A stretch of DNA of 64,000 bases from assembly GCA_964541675.1 (NCBI GenBank), contig CAZIPW010000001.1, positions 1,447 to 65,446 of the forward strand. Reading direction: 5' to 3'. The notes below the pieces were generated by a model. The model had not been told where the DNA came from, did not search any database, and saw nothing but the letters and a program-made list of their open reading frames with translations. Source of the DNA: an uncultured Verrucomicrobiota bacterium. Lineage in GTDB: Bacteria > Verrucomicrobiota > Verrucomicrobiia > CAZIPW01. How positions within the stretch are numbered: position 1 is the stretch's first letter; the number at the start of each line of letters is the position of its first letter. A program made the position numbers and the translations under genes. Positions 57,109 through 64,000 of the stretch are shown one piece after another.

Positions 57109-59523
57109 ATGAAGATTTCCTACCAGTGGTTGAAGAGATTTCTGGACTTTAAGCAAAGCCCGGAGGAAGTTGCCGATGCCGTGACGCGGCTGGGCCTTGA
57201 AGTGGAAGAAATCCAAAAGCTTGGCATTGCGCCCAATCCGCTTCTGGTAGTAGGAGAAATCCTTTCGCGCGACAGGCACCCCAATGCCGACAAGCTTTCC
57301 GTTTGCAAGGTCAACGTGGGTCAAAAAGAGCCACTACAGATTGTCTGCGGGGCTCCCAACTGTAATCCGTCCAACCGCGTGCCAGTGGCATTGGTGGGCT
57401 GCAAGCTTCTCGATGGCGATAAATTCTTTGAGATCAAAGCGGCCAAGCTTCGTGGCGTTGAAAGCCAGGGAATGCTGTGCGCCGAGGACGAAATAGGATT
57501 GGGGAAAAGTCATGAAGGGCTAATGCTTTTGGCCGATAATGCCAGGATTGGCGCGCCCCTGCACGAGGTTCTTCCAAGCGATACGGTCTTTGAGATCAAG
57601 GCCACTCCCAATCGCCCCGATGCGCTTTCCCATTGGGGAATTATCCGCGATCTGGCGGCCAAATGGGGTGTCAAAGCCAGGCGTCCGGCCGGACCGTCAA
57701 TCAAAGAAACCAGATCTCTGGCGGATTTCAAGGGAATCAGCGTTGAGAACTCTGCTGACTGTCCGCATTATTGCGCCTATCTTATAAAAGGAGTGAAGGT
57801 CGGCCCCAGCCCGGAGTGGCTGCAGGAGCTTATAAAGTCAGTTGGGCTGCGCCCCATCTCGAACATTGTCGATATTACAAACTTTATCTGTCTGGGCTTT
57901 GGTCAGCCGCTTCACGCCTTCGATTACAAAAAGATCGAAGGGCACCAGATCAGAGTGCGCCGCGCCGCTGTCGGTGAGAAGTTGGCAACCCTTGATGGCA
58001 AGCTCCGTCAGCTGGACGGGGATGTACTGGTGATCGCCGACGCGGTGAAACCTCTTGTAATAGCCGGCATCATGGGAGGATCTAACTCGGAAGTGGACGG
58101 CGCCACAACCGATATTCTTCTTGAGTCCGCGCAGTTCAACCAGACCCTCATCCGCAAGACTTCCCGCAGGCTGATTCTTGGTTCCGACAGCTCTTATCGC
58201 TATGAACGCGGTATAGATCCGTTGGGCCTGCAGCTCTCTGCGGAGCTGGCGGTCAAAATGATCCTCGATCTCGCCGGTGGAAAACTCCTGGATGTCTGTG
58301 TGGCGGGAAGTGCGCCTTACAGGCCCCTGTCGCTTGATCTTACCCGCGAATTTATTGTCAAGCAACTAGGTTTTGATGTCAGCGGAGAGAAAATTGTCAG
58401 AGCCCTCACCGCGTTTGGCTTTGTTCTCAAAAAGAAAGGCCGCGATTCCTGGCAGGTTGGGGTGCCCAGCTTCCGTTTGGACGTCTCGCGCCCCGTGGAT
58501 CTGGTGGAGGAGGTTCTGCGTTTTGAGGGCGTTGATAGCATTCCTGAGGCTCCTCTGGTACTGCCCGCCAATGAATCGAAGGACGCGGGGCTGTACGCGG
58601 CTGTCCGCAAGATCAGCCACGCGCTTGTCGCCCAGGGCTACAATGAATGCGTGCATTACACCATGCGTGGGAAATCAGAGACCGAGCGCTTGGCGGGGGA
58701 GACTTCCGCCAGGCTTCACGCGATTGAAAATCCGCTCTCGGCCGATATGGCGTACCTGCGTTATAGTCTTGTGCCGGGTCTGATAGGGGCGTTGGAGCTG
58801 AATCGTTCGCGCGGGAATGCCCCCGCCCCACTTTTCGAGGCCGGGCGCGTTTTCCGCGTGGTGGATGGCAAACTCAATGAGTTTCAGAGCATTTCCTTTG
58901 TGGAAGTCATTTCCCCGGCAGCGCAGGCCTGGAGAAAAATGCCGATTCCCGATTTCTTCTCGGCCAAGTCCCGTGTGGAGGGCCTTCTGCGGCTCGTTCA
59001 TCTGGGACTTGCCCCGTGGGCGCGTTTGGATGGTGACGCGCTCTTCCAGCCCATGCACTCGGCGACTGCCCGTGGCAATGGCATGAGCATCAGCGCCGGA
59101 GTGGTCAATTTGGAGATCGTCAAACAATCCGGGTTTGACGGCATTGTGCTGGCCGGGGAGATGCTCATTGAAATCGGCGCCTTCGACAAGGAATCCCCGC
59201 AAAAGCGTTATAGCGCCTTCTCGACATTCCCCCCGACCCGCCGAGATGTGGCGATGGTTGTGGATGGAGGGACGTCAGCCGGAAAGGTTGTAGGAGATGT
59301 CAGAAAACTTGCGCTTGAAGCCGTTGCCAAAAAGTTCGATCTTGAATCGGCGGAGCTCTTTGATCTTTACCAGGGCCAGGGTATTCCCGAAGGACACAAA
59401 AGCATGGCTATCGCCCTTACTTTCCGATCAATAGAGAGAACTCTTACCGACGAGGAGGTTAACGTTGTTTTCGGTACGCTACTTGCTAAACTAAGGGAGG
59501 CGGGATATAACATCCGCGGTTAA
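57109..59523 (+). CDS. pheT: Phenylalanine--tRNA ligase beta subunit
   Basis: HPNADKL, IVCGAPN, TPNRPD, GQPLHAFD, S.RYERG, RDVA, KSMA....FRS..RTLTD. Confidence 0.97.
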   Translation: MKISYQWLKRFLDFKQSPEEVADAVTRLGLEVEEIQKLGIAPNPLLVVGEILSRDRHPNADKLSVCKVNVGQKEPLQIVCGAPNCNPSNRVPVALVGCKLLDGDKFFEIKAAKLRGVESQGMLCAEDEIGLGKSHEGLMLLADNARIGAPLHEVLPSDTVFEIKATPNRPDALSHWGIIRDLAAKWGVKARRPAGPSIKETRSLADFKGISVENSADCPHYCAYLIKGVKVGPSPEWLQELIKSVGLRPISNIVDITNFICLGFGQPLHAFDYKKIEGHQIRVRRAAVGEKLATLDGKLRQLDGDVLVIADAVKPLVIAGIMGGSNSEVDGATTDILLESAQFNQTLIRKTSRRLILGSDSSYRYERGIDPLGLQLSAELAVKMILDLAGGKLLDVCVAGSAPYRPLSLDLTREFIVKQLGFDVSGEKIVRALTAFGFVLKKKGRDSWQVGVPSFRLDVSRPVDLVEEVLRFEGVDSIPEAPLVLPANESKDAGLYAAVRKISHALVAQGYNECVHYTMRGKSETERLAGETSARLHAIENPLSADMAYLRYSLVPGLIGALELNRSRGNAPAPLFEAGRVFRVVDGKLNEFQSISFVEVISPAAQAWRKMPIPDFFSAKSRVEGLLRLVHLGLAPWARLDGDALFQPMHSATARGNGMSISAGVVNLEIVKQSGFDGIVLAGEMLIEIGAFDKESPQKRYSAFSTFPPTRRDVAMVVDGGTSAGKVVGDVRKLALEAVAKKFDLESAELFDLYQGQGIPEGHKSMAIALTFRSIERTLTDEEVNVVFGTLLAKLREAGYNIRG

Positions 59524-59529
59524 TTTTAT

Positions 59530-59820
59530 ATGTCCACAACAGCCATTAACATCAAACATCTGAAGATGCTTGCCAGACTGGACCTGACTCCCGAAGAGGA
59601 GGAGAAGTTCGCCAGACAGCTTGGCGATGTCCTCGAATACTTCAAGGAGCTCGACAAAGTGGATGTGGCCAATATTGAGCCGACCTCGCACGCTTTCCCC
59701 CTCGAAAACGTCTGGCAGGAAGATGAGGCCAAGCCTGGCTTTACTGTTGAAGAAGCGCTCAGGAATGCACCCAAGAAGCGCGCGAACGAATTTGTGGTGC
59801 CCAGGGTGGTGGAGGAATAA
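59530..59820 (+). CDS. gatC: Asp/Glu-tRNA amidotransferase subunit C
   Basis: LARL, QL..VLEY, VANIEPTSH, NAP, F.VPRVVE. Confidence 0.95.
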   Translation: MSTTAINIKHLKMLARLDLTPEEEEKFARQLGDVLEYFKELDKVDVANIEPTSHAFPLENVWQEDEAKPGFTVEEALRNAPKKRANEFVVPRVVEE

Positions 59821-59823
59821 TTT

Positions 59824-61284
59824 ATGGAGCTTTTATACGCGACTGTTTCCGAGCTCTCCGAGATGCTCTCTTCCAAGAAGATTACTTCCGTGGAGCTGAT
59901 GAAGGCGTATCTCAATCGGATCAAGACGGTGGATCCCAAAGTTGAGGCTTTCCTTTCCTACAATGAGGCCGATGCGCTTGCACAAGCAAAGGCTTCCGAT
60001 GAAAGGCGTGCTTCCGGCAAGACGCTGGGACCGCTGGATGGAATTCCTGTGGGCATCAAGGATGTGATTGCTGTCAAAGATCAGTCGCTTACGTGTGCCA
60101 GCAAGATTCTGGAGCCCTACGTCTCCCCCTATGACGCGACGGTTATCGCAAGACTACGCGCGCAGGGGGCCATTATCTTTGGACGTCTTAATATGGACGA
60201 ATTCGCGATGGGCTCTTCCACAGAGAACTCGGCTTTCAAGGTGACCAAAAATCCCTGGGACGTCTCCAGAATACCCGGTGGTTCGTCAGGGGGTTCCGCC
60301 GCCGCTCTTGCCGCGGGCGAGCTGCCTCTGGCGCTGGGCTCCGACACGGGTGGCTCTATTCGTCAGCCAGCTGCCCTCTGCGGCGTGGTTGGCCTTAAAC
60401 CGACCTATGGTCTGGTTTCGCGCTATGGACTGGCTGCCTATGCCTCTTCATTGGATCAGATCGGCCCCTTTGGACGTACGGTGGAAGACGTGGCTATTCT
60501 CCTTCAGACTCTGGCGGGACACGATAGCGAGTATGATTCCACCAGCTATCCCGCCAAGATTCCGGATTATCGCGCCTCTCTCAAAAATCGGGGCCCTTTC
60601 AAGCTGGGTGTTCCCAGAGAGTATTTTGGAGAGGGACTCGACCCAGAGGTCAAAACAGGTGTAATGGCTGCAATAGATTTCTATAAGAAGCAGGGACATG
60701 AGATCTGCGAGGTCTCTCTGCCTCACACGGGTCTGGCCATACCGGTATACTATATTATTGCCACGGCGGAGGCTTCTTCCAATTTGGCACGCTATGATGG
60801 TGTGCGCTATGGGCATCGCTCCGAAAAGGCCACAGACGCGCTGGATCTTTACTACAAGACTCGCGCGGAAGGTTTTGGCGCTGAGGTGAAAAGGCGTATT
60901 ATTCTGGGTACCTATGTGCTCTCCTCTGGCTATTACGATGCCTATTACCTGAAGGCTCAAAAGGTGCGTACACTCATCCGCAACGATTTCATGGATGCTT
61001 TCAGAAAGGTGGATGCCATTATCGGGCCGACTTCTCCCACGGCAGCCTTCAAGGTTGGTGAAAAGACAGACGATCCTATTTCCATGTATTTGGCCGACAT
61101 CTATACAATCTGCGTGAATCTGGCGGGGCTGCCAGGAATCTCAATTCCCTGTGGCTTTACCAAAAGCAATCTTCCCGTTGGTCTTCAGCTCATTGGTCAG
61201 CCCTATCAGGAGGACAGGCTCCTTGCCATCGCCAACAAATTTGACGAGGCCCACAAGTTCGGCCTCAAACAACCCACCCTTTAA
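59824..61284 (+). CDS. gatA: Asp/Glu-tRNA amidotransferase subunit A
   Basis: [48 protein letters not shown]. Confidence 0.97.
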   Translation: MELLYATVSELSEMLSSKKITSVELMKAYLNRIKTVDPKVEAFLSYNEADALAQAKASDERRASGKTLGPLDGIPVGIKDVIAVKDQSLTCASKILEPYVSPYDATVIARLRAQGAIIFGRLNMDEFAMGSSTENSAFKVTKNPWDVSRIPGGSSGGSAAALAAGELPLALGSDTGGSIRQPAALCGVVGLKPTYGLVSRYGLAAYASSLDQIGPFGRTVEDVAILLQTLAGHDSEYDSTSYPAKIPDYRASLKNRGPFKLGVPREYFGEGLDPEVKTGVMAAIDFYKKQGHEICEVSLPHTGLAIPVYYIIATAEASSNLARYDGVRYGHRSEKATDALDLYYKTRAEGFGAEVKRRIILGTYVLSSGYYDAYYLKAQKVRTLIRNDFMDAFRKVDAIIGPTSPTAAFKVGEKTDDPISMYLADIYTICVNLAGLPGISIPCGFTKSNLPVGLQLIGQPYQEDRLLAIANKFDEAHKFGLKQPTL

Positions 61285-61292
61285 ATAACTCC

Positions 61293-62753
61293 ATGTCCAA
61301 CTACGAAGCAGTCATCGGTCTAGAGGTTCACGTTGAGTTGAAAACGAACTCCAAGATGTTTACGCGGGCAGCGAATGCCTACGGTATGCCCGTGAATACC
61401 CTGACCAATCCGGTGGTGCTGGCTCTCCCCGGAGCTCTCCCCGTCATGAATCGGGAGGCGATCGAGAAATGCGTGAAGGTCGGTCTTATCTTTGGCTGTC
61501 AGATAGCGGAAGTCTGCAAATGGGACCGCAAAAACTACTTCTATCCCGATCTGCCCAAGGCTTACCAGATCAGCCAGTATGACAAGCCCCTCTGTTTGGG
61601 AGGAGGCGTCGAGATCGAGATGCCCGGCCCGGCCCGCAATATCCAGGGCGCGCATCGCGTGGTCGCGTTAACCCGCATTCATTTGGAGGAGGATGTGGGC
61701 AAGTCCACTCATATTGGGGCGGAGAGCCTGATTGATTTTAATCGCGCGGGGGTTCCTCTCATTGAAATCGTCAGCGAACCGGATATGCACAGTCCCGAAG
61801 AGGCCTTCGCCTACCTGACCGCCCTCAGAATGCATCTGCTCTACGCGGGGATCAGCGACTGCGATATGGAGAAGGGACAGTTGCGCTGCGATGCCAACAT
61901 CTCCGTGCGCCCGGTCGGCGAAACCAAACTGGGCACCAAGGTTGAGCTTAAAAACCTTAACTCGATTACCGGCGTTAAAAACGGCCTGGAATACGAGATC
62001 AAGCGCCAGATTCAGGCGAAGGAGAGGGGAGAGTCCATTCCCCAGGAGACCCGCCGCTGGGATGCTTCCAAGGGGGTTACCTTTAGTATGAGAAGCAAGG
62101 AGCAGGCGCATGACTACCGCTATTTTCCGGATCCAGATCTGATGCCTGTACGCATACCTGCCGAGGTCAAGAATCGCCTGGCAACCCAGATTCCCGAAAT
62201 GCCATGGAAAAAACAGGAACGTTACCAGAAGGAACTAGGGTTGCCCTATACGCAGACGGCAGTGCTGGTCCCCGATCAGGAGCTTTGCGCGTATTTTGAA
62301 AAGGCTGTGGCTGTTTATCCCAAGAACCCAAAGGGGATTGGAAACTTTGTGGCCAATGATCTGCTCCGCGAGCGTTCCGCGGGCGTCTCCGATGGCATGA
62401 TTTTGCTCTCAGAGGTGAAGATTACCCCCGAAGCCATCGCCGATCTCGTTAAAATAATCGACGTGGGGGCAGTCAGCAGCCAGAATGCCAAGGCGGTCTT
62501 TACGGAAATGTTCCAGACGGGAGCTTCTCCCGCGTCCATTATAGAGGCCAGGGGCTTCAAGGTTTCCACCGATACTGGTGCCGTCGAGAAGTTGGTACGC
62601 GAGTCCATCGAGAAAAATCCAGAGGCGGTTGCCCAGTACAAGGCAGGCAAACAGGGCGCCATCAATGTCATGAAGGGTTATGTGATGAAGCAGAGCAAAG
62701 GTTCCGCCTCACCGGCTGTCATTGACGAGCTCTTGAAAAAACTCTTGTCGTAA
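61293..62753 (+). CDS. gatB: Asp/Glu-tRNA amidotransferase subunit B
   Basis: IGLEVHVEL, RKNYFYPDLPK.YQISQY, HLEEDVGK, NRAG.PLIEIV, DYRYFPDPDL. Confidence 0.97.
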   Translation: MSNYEAVIGLEVHVELKTNSKMFTRAANAYGMPVNTLTNPVVLALPGALPVMNREAIEKCVKVGLIFGCQIAEVCKWDRKNYFYPDLPKAYQISQYDKPLCLGGGVEIEMPGPARNIQGAHRVVALTRIHLEEDVGKSTHIGAESLIDFNRAGVPLIEIVSEPDMHSPEEAFAYLTALRMHLLYAGISDCDMEKGQLRCDANISVRPVGETKLGTKVELKNLNSITGVKNGLEYEIKRQIQAKERGESIPQETRRWDASKGVTFSMRSKEQAHDYRYFPDPDLMPVRIPAEVKNRLATQIPEMPWKKQERYQKELGLPYTQTAVLVPDQELCAYFEKAVAVYPKNPKGIGNFVANDLLRERSAGVSDGMILLSEVKITPEAIADLVKIIDVGAVSSQNAKAVFTEMFQTGASPASIIEARGFKVSTDTGAVEKLVRESIEKNPEAVAQYKAGKQGAINVMKGYVMKQSKGSASPAVIDELLKKLLS

Positions 62754-62811
62754 TTGCGGATTGATTGCCAACCCATATGGCGGGCGCTATAATGCGAGCG
62801 TGGCAGGAACT

Positions 62812-63219
62812 ATGCGGGCACGTTGTTGGAGTACAATCAAGAAGGCTTTTACCCTTCTGGAGCTTACCATGGCGGTCGCTATTGTGGCGGTATTGGTCGT
62901 GTGCGTCTGGTTCTATTCAGCCAATTATGGTGTCTTTGGACAGAGTACCGTTGACAGCTACAGTTTGAAGACCCTCAATGACGCGTTGGAATTATATAAG
63001 ATGTACGGAGGAATGCAGGTGGCGGACACGCTTGGCGGGCCGAATGGTTCCAGCAAGATGACGAATGTTATCAATGCGCTGAAAAGCGGGATCACCATTC
63101 AGGGGAAGAATGTTCCTTTCATCAACCCAGGTGCAACACTGAATCTTTCCGGAATCTCGGGGAGCGGTCTGGGAGCGAATTTTATCTTTAGCGGTTATAC
63201 CAGCAAGGTGTCGCACTAG
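62812..63219 (+). CDS. Type IV pilin / pseudopilin-like protein
   Basis: KKA-FTLLEL...hydrophobic N-methyl-Phe motif (Ala rather than Gly at -1); promoter TTGCCA-17-TATAAT upstream. Confidence 0.75.
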   Translation: MRARCWSTIKKAFTLLELTMAVAIVAVLVVCVWFYSANYGVFGQSTVDSYSLKTLNDALELYKMYGGMQVADTLGGPNGSSKMTNVINALKSGITIQGKNVPFINPGATLNLSGISGSGLGANFIFSGYTSKVSH

Positions 63220-63316
63220 ATGGAGTTACTCCGTCTGGATTTGCAGGAGCTTTTTTGTTTAAGTGTTGGAATCGGTGCCTTGACGTTTCCCCTGCAACCG
63301 ATAGAATTATGGTACC

Positions 63317-63733
63317 GTGGCCAGAGATTTTTCAGAGGTGATTGATGATATTCTGCGTGATGACCCGCGCTATGCCAGGAACGCATATTATTTTGTCCGT
63401 CGCGCGCTTCACTATACGGTCAAGACCATCACCGAGAAGGCCAAACGTTCGGTCCAGCACATTTCCGGGGTACAGCTTCTCGAGGGATTCCGGACTTACA
63501 CGTTGGAGGAATTTGGCCCGATGGCGATGACCGTGCTTGAAAGCTGGGGAATCCGTGAAACAATGGATGTGGGTGCGATTATCTTCAATCTGGTTGAGCA
63601 TGGAGTGCTGGGCAAGACAGAGAAGGACTCCATTGAAGATTTCAAAGATGTCTACGATTTTCCTGAGGTCTTTGAGAAACCATTCCTCCCGAAAAAACGC
63701 CGCAAGACGCAGCTTCCCAAGATGGAGAAGTAG
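63317..63733 (+). CDS. Minf_1886-family hypothetical protein
   Basis: DPRY...AY.FV..AL..T......HISG..LLEGFR...LEEFGPMA..VL..WGI....DVG.IIFNLV..G.L.....DS.EDF, recognised from memory as a PVC-typical family. Confidence 0.8.
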   Translation: MARDFSEVIDDILRDDPRYARNAYYFVRRALHYTVKTITEKAKRSVQHISGVQLLEGFRTYTLEEFGPMAMTVLESWGIRETMDVGAIIFNLVEHGVLGKTEKDSIEDFKDVYDFPEVFEKPFLPKKRRKTQLPKMEK

Positions 63734-63737
63734 GGGA

Positions 63738-64000
63738 CTATCTGTCCGACCAATGATAGCCCAAGAACTCCGTGTTTTTATTGAGGCTTTTGTATACCTG
63801 CTGTTTTATGTAGTTCTTGCTTTTGCCAGTCTGCGCTGCCACATATTCGGTCAGTTTTGTCATTCCAGCGAACTCGGCTACCAGCCGTCCAGAACTGTCT
63901 TTGCAAAAAAGTCTTCTGTTGGCATCCCGCTGCACCACGAAACTTGGCTTGTGATAGATTCTCACGCCACTAGTACTCACCGAGGATACCGTGGAGCTTC
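63738..64000 (-). CDS. Hypothetical protein, 3' part (start outside the window)
   Basis: Frame stays open from 63738 to the window edge. Confidence 0.45.
   Translation of the reverse strand, partial: SSTVSSVSTSGVRIYHKPSFVVQRDANRRLFCKDSSGRLVAEFAGMTKLTEYVAAQTGKSKNYIKQQVYKSLNKNTEFLGYHWSDR

Overview
Mostly compact housekeeping DNA from a bacterium that looks like Verrucomicrobiota (Opitutia-like). This is inferred from a Minf_1886-type protein, RNase HIII, a short NuoG, CimA and a long-form Rho. The window holds sodA (partial), argS, rsmI, rluD, nuoA, ugd, rsmA, tgt, uxs, ubiX, ftsK, grpE, cutA, dnaJ, nuoG/H, valS, ndk, ptsI, mutY, rnhC, proS, tRNA-Tyr, udg, pal, coaE, rho, fmt, rpmI-rplT, cimA, pheST and gatCAB. 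Operons are fragmented, and many start codons sit 6-8 nt behind a sigma70 -10 box. The main accessory locus is at 27.4-31.5 kb, after valS. It carries a FkbM methyltransferase, a diverged copy of the valS 3' end, and a cas1-cas2 pair with no effector gene and no tandem array in this window. Next to cas2 are two copies of a 37-bp CRISPR-like repeat (36/37 identical, ending TGCAAC) in INVERTED orientation. They bracket a 1.4-kb foreign-looking fragment encoding a DUF6166-like protein and an apparently 5'-truncated membrane-protein gene. The second theme is a REP/RAYT-like system: an HUH (IS200-family) transposase between 84-bp inverted repeats, a transposase-free REPIN-like copy, several dispersed REP hairpins, and GC-rich palindromic sequences read in frame inside mutY and udg. 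All family assignments are from motif recognition only; no database searches were run.
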